From positions 20,852 through 84,851 of the forward strand of contig DATAXP010000143.1 in the NCBI GenBank assembly GCA_036272935.1: a DNA stretch of 64,000 nucleotides, read 5' to 3'. The stretch is from Pirellulales bacterium (GTDB lineage Bacteria > Planctomycetota > Planctomycetia > Pirellulales > PNKZ01). Positions 36,128 through 45,755 of the stretch are shown piece by piece. A model generated the notes under the pieces. That model was not told where the DNA came from. It did no database searches and was given only the letters and a program-made list of their open reading frames with translations. Position 1 is the stretch's first letter, and each line of letters opens with the position of its first letter. Position numbers and translations under genes: made by a program.

Positions 36128-37456
36128 CTACTCGGTTCTCTTGCCGAAGAGTTGCTGCCAGCGCAGCAGCGGGTTGCTGCTGCGGATCATCGCGCCGATC
36201 ACCTGCATGTAGTCGTCGCGGCTGCGCGCGATGAATGGGATGCCGCACAGGCACATCTCGTTGGTCGTCTGCTCGCCAAAACTCACCCATCGCGGCGGAT
36301 CGTTGGGGTTGCGCGGATTGTCGGCCGAGTTGTCGTACACCGCCTCGGCAACAATGCGCGTGCCGGCTGGCAGCTTCATCGGCTGCTTGTATAGATACTG
36401 CGTCTGCCAGTTGAAGTCCCAATCGCGCACCCAGATCATCGCCTGCTCCGAGCCATCGGGCAGATGGGCGGTCACGCGCATCTCGCGACCCAGATAGTGC
36501 ATGTGTGGCGAAACGCCTACCGCCTCGATGTCGACCGGCGTAGTGAACTCGGCCGCGACGCGATGCTGCTTCTCTCCAGGCGGAATGTGAATGTCGCGAT
36601 TGACGACGAAGATGCCCGCAACGATCCGCTTGGCCGGTTCTCGGGTGAAGTAGATGCCCAGCTCCGATTGGTCGGTTTCGGGCTTGCCGTTGGGATGGTA
36701 ATGCACCTGCATCACCAGGTCGGAATCTTTGCGCAGCATGCGTCCCATGCCCTCCGGCAGCCGACGCGGCGTTCCGCCGGGCGCCCAGCCGCCGAGCGCG
36801 CCGGTCGGCATGATCCCGACGCCGCCGAACGACACGTAGCCCGGTCCCGCGTCGAGTTCATCCCGCTCGCGCGCCCGGCCGGTATTGTCGAGAAAGAACA
36901 ACGCATGGTGCACCATGCGCCGATTGCCGGGGCGAAACTCGACCGCCGCCACGGTACGATCTTCATGCACGCCGGTCGGAATCACAAAGCAGCGAAACAC
37001 GTCGCGGCCGTCGGCAGGCACGTCGAACGGCTCGGGCAATCGCAGCACCAGGTCAGGCGTACCAAGCTGCCAGCCCTCGCGAAACGACGGCGGCTGCGGC
37101 AGGTCGCTGGGATCGCCTTGCGGTGCCCCGGCCTCGGCCCAAGCGGCGATCGTCGCCAGTTCGTCGTCGTTCAAGCGGCGATCGTCGAGGAATTCGCCGT
37201 AGCCCGGCTCGGCGTGCCACGGCGGCATGCGCCGCTCGGCTGTCACCTGGGCGATGAACTCGGCGCGCTTGGCGGCATCGTCGTACGTTAGCAGCGAGAA
37301 GGGTCCCACTTCGCCCGGTCGATGGCACGCGGCGCACCGCGCCCAAAGTATCTTCGCCACGTCCTTCGTATACGTCACCGGCTCGTCGGCCCGGGCCGTG
37401 CCGGCGACCGCACCCAGTAGCAAGACTATCGCAATTCGTTGCATCACGGTCATCAC
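36128..37456 (-). CDS. Copper type II ascorbate-dependent monooxygenase-like (PHM/DBH-like) protein with N-terminal CxxCH (planctomycete cytochrome c-type) domain
   Basis: Signal peptide and CAACH. All PHM/DBH copper-ligand contexts are present in order: VHHALFF, QVHYHPNG, SPHMHYLG and TNEMC. Confidence 0.7.
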   Translation of the reverse strand: MMTVMQRIAIVLLLGAVAGTARADEPVTYTKDVAKILWARCAACHRPGEVGPFSLLTYDDAAKRAEFIAQVTAERRMPPWHAEPGYGEFLDDRRLNDDELATIAAWAEAGAPQGDPSDLPQPPSFREGWQLGTPDLVLRLPEPFDVPADGRDVFRCFVIPTGVHEDRTVAAVEFRPGNRRMVHHALFFLDNTGRARERDELDAGPGYVSFGGVGIMPTGALGGWAPGGTPRRLPEGMGRMLRKDSDLVMQVHYHPNGKPETDQSELGIYFTREPAKRIVAGIFVVNRDIHIPPGEKQHRVAAEFTTPVDIEAVGVSPHMHYLGREMRVTAHLPDGSEQAMIWVRDWDFNWQTQYLYKQPMKLPAGTRIVAEAVYDNSADNPRNPNDPPRWVSFGEQTTNEMCLCGIPFIARSRDDYMQVIGAMIRSSNPLLRWQQLFGKRTE

Positions 37457-38058
37457 TCCCTTGCCGGCCTGCGTCGCGGTAGCGGACAGCCGAACGGCTG
37501 CGTCACTGCCGGCTCCGGGGACTTACCCTCCAGCACGGCTTGAATCGCATCGCGAAGTTCGTGCGTGGTTGCCTCGACGCGCCGCTCGCCTTTGGCAGTG
37601 TAGCGATTATCGATGCGGCCGCGGTAGAGCACCTTGCCATCGGATGAAACGACCGCCACCTCGGGCATCGTGCGCGCGCCGATGGTCGCCGCAAGCTGCT
37701 GCTCCGGATCGAGCAGTAGCGGAAACGCAAGCCGGTACTCCGCGGCATGCTTTCGCGCCCCCTCGGCCGTGACGCCAGGCTCGCAGTAGACGCCGTAGAA
37801 CGCGACGCCGTCAGTGGCAAATCGCTGATGCAGCCTCTCGAATTCCGGCGCGTAGCCGTTCGATACCGGACATTCGGTGCCCAGGAACACGACGACCACC
37901 GCCCGATGCGCTCGCCACGATTCCAGCGTCTGCCGATTGCCATCGGTATCGGCGACAGCGAACGCCGTCACGCGCGGCAGCGGCTGCTCGGCGAGCGCGG
38001 CATCCGCCGTGATCCCCACCAACAACCAGCACATGCAGCTCACTGAAATCCGATTCAT
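37453..38058 (-). CDS. Secreted thioredoxin-fold redoxin (AhpC/TSA-like, CxxS active site)
   Basis: Signal peptide, then VVVVFLGTECPVSNGYAPEF. The stop overlaps the monooxygenase start (ATGA). Confidence 0.7.
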   Translation of the reverse strand: MNRISVSCMCWLLVGITADAALAEQPLPRVTAFAVADTDGNRQTLESWRAHRAVVVVFLGTECPVSNGYAPEFERLHQRFATDGVAFYGVYCEPGVTAEGARKHAAEYRLAFPLLLDPEQQLAATIGARTMPEVAVVSSDGKVLYRGRIDNRYTAKGERRVEATTHELRDAIQAVLEGKSPEPAVTQPFGCPLPRRRPARE

Positions 38059-38067
38059 GGCCGAGCG

Positions 38068-39381
38068 TTATGGCTTTACGCCAAACACCGTCTCCGTGTT
38101 ATCGCGCAGCACCTGCGTGCCCAGGGCCAATGCCCGCTCCTCGCTCCAGCCGCGATCCTCGACAAACCGCTCGGCCAGCACCTTCGCCAGGATGCGTTTG
38201 AACATGGCGAACTTCGGTAGTGCGAACTCCAGCTTGTACATGTCGCTGTAGTAGCCGATTTGCTTGGTGCGCGGCACCGCCTCGAGCCTGGCGGCCAGAT
38301 CGTGCTCGATGAACGTCGGTGTGTTCGAGTACCACCAGTGTCCGTTGGTCACCACGTTCGGGAAGATCCAGGCGTAGCTGGTCAGCTCCTGGTTGGTCAC
38401 GCTCGCCAGCACCGAGATCGGGAACGTGACCTGCGGAAAGGCGTTGAACAGCTCGCGGTACTGGATCAGCGACACCCGGCTGTCGTACAGATCTTGCCCC
38501 TGGTACACGCCGGCCGGGTACACCTGACGATTGACGCCGATCATCAGGTCGAACGGCAGACGGTATTCCGCGCAGAACTCGGCCAGCGTCCAAAAGACGA
38601 ACTGCCCAGCCGTGCGGCGGGGATCGTCGAACGTATGCGTCCCGGTCTTCAACAACGTTTGCAGGGCGACGTCAGCATCGCCGGCCGCGACCTTGATCGG
38701 CGCGAAATCGGGAGGCAGCGAGATGGCGCAGGCCTTCGCACCGCGCCGCTTGAAACGATCGAACAGCTTGCCGATCGCCTGCCGCAGCGAGGCGGCCCCC
38801 GTGACGTTGACGCCCGTCGATTTTTCCAGCCGGGCACGCACTTCGGGCTTGGCCAGATGGAACACCAGGTCGTCGGTGCGCAGGCAGGGAACGTACACCC
38901 GCGTGTCGAAGCCTTCGAGCGGGTCGTCGAAGTCGTTGGTCAGGAACACGGCCGACAGCCGGCTTTGCTTGAGCACGTCAGCGGCCCAGCCGGGCGATTG
39001 CATCTTCGCCCCCGCGGTGTCGTACAGCTTTTCCCAATTATCGGGCGTGACACGATCGTCGGCGAAACCGAAGAACCGCTGCGCCAGCTCGACAAACCAA
39101 CTGTACTGGATCGTGTTATCCAGCGGCGCGAAGCATTCGACAAGTCGCCGCACCTTCTCTTTCGGATCGATGCCCGGTTCCTCGATGCGCGCCTTCGGCA
39201 TGCCAGCCGAGTGGGCCAACTCGGTGTAGTAATGGTAGCCAAGGATATCGGCCAAGGTGGTCGAAGCCGGCGCATGCGCGTTGATGTGCGTGTGCGGATC
39301 GACGATCACCAGCGCGTCGAGCGCCTGGTACAGTCGTTGGCGAAGAGACTGCGACATGGAAGAGTCCTGCCTGGATTGCAA
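38068..39381 (-). CDS. Amidohydrolase-superfamily protein, glucuronate isomerase-like
   Basis: 437 aa. N-terminal IVDPHTHIN metal motif and overall resemblance to divergent uronate isomerases. The assignment is from memory and moderate. An alternative start lies at 39357. Confidence 0.5.
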   Translation of the reverse strand: MQSRQDSSMSQSLRQRLYQALDALVIVDPHTHINAHAPASTTLADILGYHYYTELAHSAGMPKARIEEPGIDPKEKVRRLVECFAPLDNTIQYSWFVELAQRFFGFADDRVTPDNWEKLYDTAGAKMQSPGWAADVLKQSRLSAVFLTNDFDDPLEGFDTRVYVPCLRTDDLVFHLAKPEVRARLEKSTGVNVTGAASLRQAIGKLFDRFKRRGAKACAISLPPDFAPIKVAAGDADVALQTLLKTGTHTFDDPRRTAGQFVFWTLAEFCAEYRLPFDLMIGVNRQVYPAGVYQGQDLYDSRVSLIQYRELFNAFPQVTFPISVLASVTNQELTSYAWIFPNVVTNGHWWYSNTPTFIEHDLAARLEAVPRTKQIGYYSDMYKLEFALPKFAMFKRILAKVLAERFVEDRGWSEERALALGTQVLRDNTETVFGVKP

Positions 39382-39434
39382 CGTGGGCTACTGGCGTTTA
39401 TACACCGCCATGCGGCGCGCTGGAACGCGCGGCT

Positions 39435-40385
39435 TCACTCTTTGCGTAGCACGCGCCCCTGGTCGACCTGCTGGAAGCCGAGCTTCGCGTAGAGCTGGCG
39501 GGCGGCCGTGTTGGCCTGCATCGTTTGCGCTTCGACGAGCGCGTATCCTTGCTGGGCAAGATAGCGAAACGACTCGGACAGCAGATACGTCGCCAACCCC
39601 TGCCGCCGCTGATCCTCGACCACTTCGAGGTCGATCAGCCCTGCGGCGTGTACGCCCCAGCTCGATGCCAGCGGTTGCAGGTTCCAGAACATGGCGGTCG
39701 CCAGCCGGGCGCGTCCCTGGTTGGCGACCAGGTCGAAGCGCGTCAGATCGAACGGCCCCAGCGTGCAGGCCTCCCACCAAGATTGCGGCGGCGGATCGCA
39801 GATCACGCGCAATGAGCAACGGCGGCGGATCACAATCTGCTGCCGGTCGATCGGCGCGCGGAACGAAAGCAGATCGCGATGAAGCACGGCGGTGCGGTCG
39901 ATCTCGCGGTAGCCGGTTGAGGCGAACAACTGTCCGGCGCGCGGCCCCGAATCGAGCACGCCGGGCAGCTCGCTGCCGCCGTACAGTCCCAGGTAGAAGC
40001 CGTTCAGTGGCCGAATGCCGCCGGCGTAGAGCACCTTCGCACCGCGCTCCTGGAGATACGCTTCCAGGCGATTTACCAGCTCGGCGCCGATCCCCTGGCG
40101 TTGATAGTTCGGCCGAACCATCACCAGCGAGATCACGCCCCAATCGGTCGAAATTCCCGATCCGGCCTCGTTCGGGCCGAAGCTCGCGTGGCCGAAGCCG
40201 ACCGGCGTCGAACCGTCGAGCGCCATGATCAGCCCCTGGCGATCGAAATACGGTTTCGAGAACACGTAAGTGTCGAGCAGGTCGATCGACAGCGGTTGCA
40301 TCAGGCCGCGTTCGGGAGCTTGCGACCGCCAAATCTCGACGATTCCCGGCGGGTCGCTGTTCAAAAACGGACGGAAAGAGATCAC
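39435..40385 (-). CDS. Tandem-GNAT N-acetyltransferase
   Basis: Two acetyl-CoA motif A regions: RPNYQRQGIGAELV and VVEDQRRQGLATYLL. 316 aa. Confidence 0.75.
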   Translation of the reverse strand: MISFRPFLNSDPPGIVEIWRSQAPERGLMQPLSIDLLDTYVFSKPYFDRQGLIMALDGSTPVGFGHASFGPNEAGSGISTDWGVISLVMVRPNYQRQGIGAELVNRLEAYLQERGAKVLYAGGIRPLNGFYLGLYGGSELPGVLDSGPRAGQLFASTGYREIDRTAVLHRDLLSFRAPIDRQQIVIRRRCSLRVICDPPPQSWWEACTLGPFDLTRFDLVANQGRARLATAMFWNLQPLASSWGVHAAGLIDLEVVEDQRRQGLATYLLSESFRYLAQQGYALVEAQTMQANTAARQLYAKLGFQQVDQGRVLRKE

Positions 40386-40406
40386 ACGGACTTCCTGCGA
40401 CCGAGG

Positions 40407-40718
40407 TCAACGCTCCAGATTCACCCAAACCGCATCGGCTTCGACGCGCGTCTCGAACGCCGGTTGATGCAGCCGATGGTTCAGTTGGTGTTCGCCGGTG
40501 CGCACGTCGAACTGCCAACCATGCCAGGGGCAGGTGACGATCGCCGCGGCCAGGCAACCCTTGCCCAGCGGTCCACCTTGATGTGGGCAGACACCGTCGA
40601 GCACGTAGAACGTTCCGTCGACGTTGAACAACGCCAAGATCAGGTCCTCGGCCACCAGTTCCTTCGACTCGCCGGGCGGACAATCGCCAACCGCTCCGAT
40701 TCGCACCCATCGGGCCAT
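40407..40718 (-). CDS. Rieske [2Fe-2S] ferredoxin-type protein
   Basis: CPHQGGPL ... CPWHGWQF (CxH...CxxH). 103 aa. Confidence 0.8.
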   Translation of the reverse strand: MARWVRIGAVGDCPPGESKELVAEDLILALFNVDGTFYVLDGVCPHQGGPLGKGCLAAAIVTCPWHGWQFDVRTGEHQLNHRLHQPAFETRVEADAVWVNLER

Positions 40719-40755
40719 CGTCGGCGCTCCTGGCAGTGGTTGTCAAACGGCGGTC

Positions 40756-40797
40756 GGCTGTAGGCTACGGGTTACAGGCTACAGGCTACAGGTTGGA
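40756..40797. repeat. Tandem heptamer array (6 units)
   Basis: ggctgta ggctacg ggttaca ggctaca ggctaca ggttgga. The array contains the stop codon of the 40786..41742 gene. Confidence 0.7.
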
Positions 40798-41742
40798 GGC
40801 CTCTTTTTGAACTGCCGTGTGCGGCCCGGCAAGCACGGCGGCCTTTTTCTTTTTCCGCGTATCCTTCCAACGGCGATGCACCCACCAGTATTGATCGGGG
40901 GCGGTGCGGATGACCTGCTCCAGCTCGCGAGTGTACCACTGCGTGAGCTGCTTGATGTCGCCGCCGCAATCGCCCGGCGTGCGTGGATCGAAAATGTTGC
41001 GCACCGACAGCTCGAACTGCAGGGGACCGGGCAACCGGCGGCAACCGCACACCACGATTCGCGCATCCTTGTCGAGCGCCAGCAGGCCGATCGCCTTGTG
41101 CGCCGAGGCCGGACGATTGAAGAACTCGACCCAGCACCCCTTGCTGCCGGCGTATTGGTCGGCGAGGAACACCATCGTCCCGCCAGTGGCCAGCACTTGC
41201 AGAATTTGGTCGTAGCCCCCCTTCTTCGGAATGATGTGTTGCCGCCCGGCGGTGCGAAGTCCGTCGGTGAACCGCGCCAGGTACGGATTGTCGAGCGTGC
41301 GGGCCACGGCATGGGTGTCGAACCCGAGCAGCCCCAGAAAAATACCGCCGACTTCGAAGTTGCCAAAATGCGCCGACACGATCAGCGTCGGCCGGCGATC
41401 GAGCAGAATGCGGCACAGTTCGTCGCCGCGCGCCAGGCGGATATGCCGTCGCCAATTCGTTTCGTGAATGTAGCGCGCAGCGTGGGACAGCTCGGCAACG
41501 ATCATGAACAGATGCTTCCACATCTGCCACGTCACCGCACGGCGGCGCTGGGCATCCCACTCGGGAAACGCGAGCATCAGGTTTTCTTCGACCACCTTGC
41601 GCCGAATGGGCACCGCGGTAACACATAGCGTGGCCAGAAAGCCGCTTACCTGCGAGCACAGCTCCAGCGGCATCGCCTGCAGGATGCAGTAGCTAAGCCG
41701 CACCGCCATGTAGTCCAGCCACAGGCGCACTTGTTCAAGCAT
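40786..41742 (-). CDS. Lipid A biosynthesis (LpxL/HtrB-type) lysophospholipid acyltransferase family protein
   Basis: 318 aa with an N-terminal anchor. VSAHFGNFEV (Hx4E catalytic box) and general LpxL-family layout. Confidence 0.65.
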   Translation of the reverse strand: MLEQVRLWLDYMAVRLSYCILQAMPLELCSQVSGFLATLCVTAVPIRRKVVEENLMLAFPEWDAQRRRAVTWQMWKHLFMIVAELSHAARYIHETNWRRHIRLARGDELCRILLDRRPTLIVSAHFGNFEVGGIFLGLLGFDTHAVARTLDNPYLARFTDGLRTAGRQHIIPKKGGYDQILQVLATGGTMVFLADQYAGSKGCWVEFFNRPASAHKAIGLLALDKDARIVVCGCRRLPGPLQFELSVRNIFDPRTPGDCGGDIKQLTQWYTRELEQVIRTAPDQYWWVHRRWKDTRKKKKAAVLAGPHTAVQKEASNL

Positions 41743-41767
41743 CTCGTGACCCTTCCGTGGGCGTATC

Positions 41768-41822
41768 GTTTAGCCGGCTCGCTTGCGAGCCGCGCCGCGG
41801 TCGCCGCGGCGACCGGCTAAAC
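41768..41822 (+). repeat. Y-shaped TTTAGCCG...CGGCTAAAC element, copy 3 (divergent helices)
   Basis: gtttagccggctcgcttgcgagccgcgccgcggtcgccgcggcgaccggctaaac has the same outer ends and the same GCTTGC apex in helix 1. Helix 2 is replaced by GCCGCGG-tc-GCCGCGGC. Confidence 0.7.
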
Positions 41823-42914
41823 TTACTTGTTCACCTTGATCTTACGGGCCTTCAGCACCGGATCCGAGGCCAACGGCAACGTCACCGGTCGCCCCGATTC
41901 GGCCGCCTTGTAGATGCCCAAGATAATCTCGACGCTCCGTCGGCCTTCGGCACCGTCGATCGCTGGTTTGCGGTCGCGCTTGATCGCGTCGACCACGTCC
42001 TGGAACTGCTTGGCGTGCCCGTGGAAACCGATCGCGGCCGGATCGCTCGCCCCGCCGCCAGTGCTTTTCTTATCGGCCATTGCTTGCTTCACCGCGGCAT
42101 CGCGGCGATCGGGCTTGGCGAAGTCCCACTTCACGATGTCCTCTTCTTCCATCGCCGCGGAACCTGCCGAGCCGTGGATTTCGAGTCGCTTCAGATACCC
42201 TGGATACGCCGCGGTCGTGGCTTCGATCGTGCCCAGCGCCCCGTTGGCGAAGCGCAACGTGGCGATGGCGGTATCCTCGACCGCGATGCGCTCATGGGCC
42301 AGCGTGGCGGTCTGTGCGCGGATCTCGGCGACGGGCCCCATCAGCCAAGCGAGCAAGTCGACATTGTGGATTGCCTGGTTCATCAGCGCTCCGCCGCCAT
42401 CGAGTTCCCAGGTGCCGCGCCACTTGCCGCTGTCGTAGTACTCCTGCGTGCGAAACCACTTCACGTAGGCGTCGCCGATCGTCAGCTTGCCGAACCGGCC
42501 GGAGTCGATTGCCCGCTTGATCTCCATCCCCGAAAAATGAAACCGCGAGGGGAAGATCGCCGACAGCTTCACCCCCGCCTTGTCACAAGCGGCGATGATC
42601 TTGTCGCAACGGCTAAGCGTAATCTCCAGCGGCTTCTCGACGATCACGTGCTTGCCGGCCTTTGCCGCGGCAATCGCCGGCTCGAGATGCGCGCCGCTCG
42701 GCGTGCCGATCGTCACCACGTCGACTTTCGGATCGGCAAGCATCTTGTTCAGGTCGTGATACGGTTTGCAGCCGGTCGAGGTGGCCAATCGATCGGCCGA
42801 GCTGGCAAAGGTGTCGAAACACGCGACCAGCTTCGCCCCCTTGACCGCGCCGATCGCCTTGGCGTGAAAGTTGGCGATCATGCCGCAGCCGATAATGCCA
42901 AAACCAAGTGCCAT
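41823..42914 (-). CDS. Gfo/Idh/MocA-family NAD(P)-dependent oxidoreductase
   Basis: MALGFGIIGCGMIANFHAKAI Rossmann N-terminus, with EKPL and the downstream family pattern. The start is set at ATG 42914. Confidence 0.85.
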   Translation of the reverse strand: MALGFGIIGCGMIANFHAKAIGAVKGAKLVACFDTFASSADRLATSTGCKPYHDLNKMLADPKVDVVTIGTPSGAHLEPAIAAAKAGKHVIVEKPLEITLSRCDKIIAACDKAGVKLSAIFPSRFHFSGMEIKRAIDSGRFGKLTIGDAYVKWFRTQEYYDSGKWRGTWELDGGGALMNQAIHNVDLLAWLMGPVAEIRAQTATLAHERIAVEDTAIATLRFANGALGTIEATTAAYPGYLKRLEIHGSAGSAAMEEEDIVKWDFAKPDRRDAAVKQAMADKKSTGGGASDPAAIGFHGHAKQFQDVVDAIKRDRKPAIDGAEGRRSVEIILGIYKAAESGRPVTLPLASDPVLKARKIKVNK

Positions 42915-43042
42915 GCGATGCCGTCTCCCCGGTGTGCCGATCGATGCAAACAAGCGGCGATTATAGGCACGAATGGCGCCGCGATGCATCCCGAAAACCG
43001 CGGCGGAAATGGGACAAAATCGGCATTTTTATGCGTTCCGCT

Positions 43043-43126
43043 GGGTGCCACTGGCTCCGCCAGTGTGAACAGGGCGCTGGCGGAGCCAGTGGCACCCAAC
43101 GACGAATTTATTTGCTTTTCTGAGGA
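43043..43126 (+). repeat. Hairpin-plus-tail element, copy B
   Basis: GGGTGCCACTGGCTCCGCCAGTG-9 nt-CGCTGGCGGAGCCAGTGGCACCC plus tail aacgacgaatttatttgcttttctgagga. It has the same orientation as copy A. Confidence 0.8.
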
Positions 43127-43144
43127 TGAGGAAATCGAGGTGTT

Positions 43145-45211
43145 TTAGGCGTTTCGCTTGGGGCGCGGGATGCGGGCGCCCCCTTTGCGCCGCCGGCCAC
43201 GCTTCTCGTCGCCGTTGTCTGCCTCGGCCACCTCGACCGTCTTGCCCAGCGAGTGCTTGAGCCGCTCGATCCGATCACGCAGCTTCGCCGCCCGCTCGAA
43301 CTCCATGGCGTCGGCCGCCCCGAGCATCTCGGCCTCCAGCTCGGCCAGGTATTCTTCCGTGACGTACTGCACCTCGTCGGTCCGGCCGACTGCCGCGTTG
43401 GCGTCGGCATGGGCGCGGGCCTCGGCCTCGATGCCGGCACGAATCTCTTTGCGGATTGTCTCAGGGGTGATGCCGTGCTTGCGGTTGTACGCCTCTTGCA
43501 GCGCCCGGCGACGGGCCGTCTCCTCGATCGTCCGCTGCATCGAGTTGGTGACCCTGTCGCCATAGAGAATCACCTTGGCGTTGACGTTGCGCGCCGCTCG
43601 GCCGATGGTCTGCATCAGGCTCGTTTCGCTGCGCAGGAAGCCTTCCTTATCTGCATCGAGCACCGCCACCAGCGATACTTCAGGAAGATCGAGTCCTTCG
43701 CGCAGCAGGTTCACTCCCACCAGCGCCTCGAACGCCCCGATGCGCAAGTCGCGCAGCAACTCGACCCGCTCGAACGCATCGAGCTCGCTGTGCAGCCATT
43801 TGCACTTGATCCCTTGCTCGCTGAGGTAATACGACAGGTCCTCCGCCATCCGCTTGGTGAGCGTCGTCACCAGCACGCGCTCCTTCGCGGCGGCCCGCTC
43901 GCGGATTTGTTCCAGCAGATGCGGCACTTGGCCGCGGGCCGGCACCACTTCGATCACCGGGTCCAACAGCCCCGTGGGACGAATGATTTGCTCGACCACT
44001 TCGCCGCCACTCTGCCCAAGCTCGTAGGGGCCGGGCGTCGCCGAAACGAAGATCACCTGGTCGATCTTCTGTTCCCATTCCTCGAATTTCAGCGGCCGAT
44101 TGTCGAGCGCGCTGGGGAGCCGAAAACCGTGCTCGACGAGCGTGCTTTTGCGGCTGAAGTCGCCGGCAAACATCCCGCGCACCTGCGGCACAGTGACGTG
44201 CGATTCGTCAACGAACATCAAGAGATCTCTGGGGAAATAATCGAACAGCGTATCGGGAGTCGAGCCGGCGGGCCGTCCACTCAGGGGCCGGCTGTAGTTC
44301 TCGATCCCCGGGCAGTAGCCCACCTCCATCATCATTTCGATATCGAAGCGTGTGCGGGCGTTCAGCCGCTGTGCTTCGAGCAGCTTCCCCTGATCGCGGA
44401 AGATTTGCAGCCGCTGGTCAAGCTCCGCGCGGATCGAATCGATCGCAGCCGTCACGCGCTCCTCGGGCAACACGAAGTGCTTCGCCGGATAGATGTACAG
44501 CTCTTCGCGGGTTTCGATGACCTCGCCGCTGGTCGGGTTAATAAACGCCAGCCGGTCGATCTCGTCTCCCCAGAACTCGATACGGTAAGCGAACTCCTCG
44601 TAGCTCGGCCACAACTCGACACAGTCGCCGCGCACGCGGAACTTGCCGCGCTGGAACTCGATATCGTTGCGCTCGTACTGAATATCGACCAGCTTCAGCA
44701 GCGTCTGATCGCGATCGACCTGCTGCCCACGACGGAGGCTGACCATCATCGCCTTGTAATCGACCGGCGACCCCAAGCCGTAGATGCACGACACGCTGGC
44801 GACAATCACCACGTCGCGCCGGCTCACCAAGGCGCTGGTAGCCGCCAGGCGCAGGCGGTCGATGTTCTGGTTGATCGAGGCGTCTTTCTCGATGTAGATA
44901 TCGCGCTGCGGGATGTACGCTTCGGGCTGGTAGTAGTCGTAGTAGCTGACGAAGTAGTGAACCGCGTTGTGTGGAAAGAACTCTTTGAATTCGCTGTACA
45001 GTTGGGCGGCGAGCGTCTTGTTGTGCGATAGCACCAGGGCCGGCCGGTCGAACTGCTGGATGATGTTAGCCATGGTGAACGTCTTGCCGCTGCCGGTGAC
45101 GCCCATCAGCACCTGGTTACGACGACCGCCGCGCAGACCGTCGGCCAGTGCTTGAATCGCCTGCGGCTGGTCGCCGGCCGGCTGAAACTTGCTTTCGAGC
45201 TGGAAGCCCAT
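43145..45211 (-). CDS. uvrB: Excinuclease ABC subunit B
   Basis: 688 aa. [10 protein letters not shown] Walker A, DESH box, helicase motifs, and the C-terminal UVR domain ([15 protein letters not shown]). Confidence 0.95.
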   Translation of the reverse strand: MGFQLESKFQPAGDQPQAIQALADGLRGGRRNQVLMGVTGSGKTFTMANIIQQFDRPALVLSHNKTLAAQLYSEFKEFFPHNAVHYFVSYYDYYQPEAYIPQRDIYIEKDASINQNIDRLRLAATSALVSRRDVVIVASVSCIYGLGSPVDYKAMMVSLRRGQQVDRDQTLLKLVDIQYERNDIEFQRGKFRVRGDCVELWPSYEEFAYRIEFWGDEIDRLAFINPTSGEVIETREELYIYPAKHFVLPEERVTAAIDSIRAELDQRLQIFRDQGKLLEAQRLNARTRFDIEMMMEVGYCPGIENYSRPLSGRPAGSTPDTLFDYFPRDLLMFVDESHVTVPQVRGMFAGDFSRKSTLVEHGFRLPSALDNRPLKFEEWEQKIDQVIFVSATPGPYELGQSGGEVVEQIIRPTGLLDPVIEVVPARGQVPHLLEQIRERAAAKERVLVTTLTKRMAEDLSYYLSEQGIKCKWLHSELDAFERVELLRDLRIGAFEALVGVNLLREGLDLPEVSLVAVLDADKEGFLRSETSLMQTIGRAARNVNAKVILYGDRVTNSMQRTIEETARRRALQEAYNRKHGITPETIRKEIRAGIEAEARAHADANAAVGRTDEVQYVTEEYLAELEAEMLGAADAMEFERAAKLRDRIERLKHSLGKTVEVAEADNGDEKRGRRRKGGARIPRPKRNA

Positions 45212-45297
45212 CGTGCGCTCCGAGAGTTCTTTCGGACCAATACGTTATCGTAGCGCGAAACGCCCCTGGGAGAAACCGCAGACGCACGGCGAGCCAT

Positions 45298-45325
45298 TTG
45301 ACAGCCCCCCTGCTGAACCTAAAAT
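45298..45325 (+). promoter_or_regulatory. Consensus sigma-70-type promoter for the tRNA pair
   Basis: TTGACA (45298-45303), a 16-nt spacer, then TAAAAT (45320-45325). The mature tRNA 5' end lies 18 nt downstream. Confidence 0.6.
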
Positions 45326-45342
45326 GGGGAGTTTCGTCGCGC

Positions 45343-45416
45343 GGGCGCATAGCTCAGTTGGTTAGAGCGCAGCCCTGATAAGGCTGAGGTCCCAAGTTCG
45401 AATCTTGGTGCGCCCA
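45343..45416 (+). tRNA. tRNA-Ile (anticodon GAU)
   Basis: Hand-folded cloverleaf: acceptor GGGCGCA/TGCGCCC, D-arm GCTC..GAGC, anticodon loop CTGATAA, T-arm CCAAG-TTCGAAT-CTTGG, discriminator A. No encoded CCA. Confidence 0.9.
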
Positions 45417-45425
45417 CTCTCAAGC

Positions 45426-45483
45426 CCAGGGAAGGTCGGCAACGATGAGTCGATTCTGCAGAACGCCTGCCGACCTTCCCTGG
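45426..45483 (+). other. Perfect 16-bp stem-loop in the tRNA-Ile/tRNA-Ala spacer (candidate processing stem)
   Basis: CCAGGGAAGGTCGGCA (45426-45441) and TGCCGACCTTCCCTGG (45468-45483) with a 26-nt loop. No U-tract follows. Confidence 0.6.
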
Positions 45484-45487
45484 ACTT

Positions 45488-45564
<77 letters not shown>

Positions 45565-45730
45565 CTACCGCAGCGCTGACTACGATGGAGGCCCATTCGA
45601 ACTCGCGCTTTTCGTTGCCGAAGATTGACGCGAGCGCCACCACAAGCAGTACGACAACCTGCCCCTGAACCGCGACGCCTCCGGGACATCGTGTCACGGT
45701 GCGGCGCGGAGATGGCGCTCCCGCGCGGTG

Positions 45731-45755
45731 AAAAAAACGTGCCCGCACGTTTTTT
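45731..45755. terminator. A-tract/short stem/T-tract terminator downstream of the tRNA pair (symmetrical)
   Basis: AAAAAAACGTG-CCCG-CACGTTTTTT is preceded by a GC-rich bulged hairpin at about 45706-45730. Confidence 0.5.

Noticed and set aside
39388-40746. 452-aa Arg-rich ORF overlapping the GNAT and Rieske genes in another frame
   Set aside because: Extreme Arg/Ala/Pro content. It overlaps two well-supported genes on the same strand in a different frame.
43253-45031. 592-aa ORF antisense to uvrB
   Set aside because: uvrB on the opposite strand is unmistakable, and the antisense frame has no motifs and a skewed composition.
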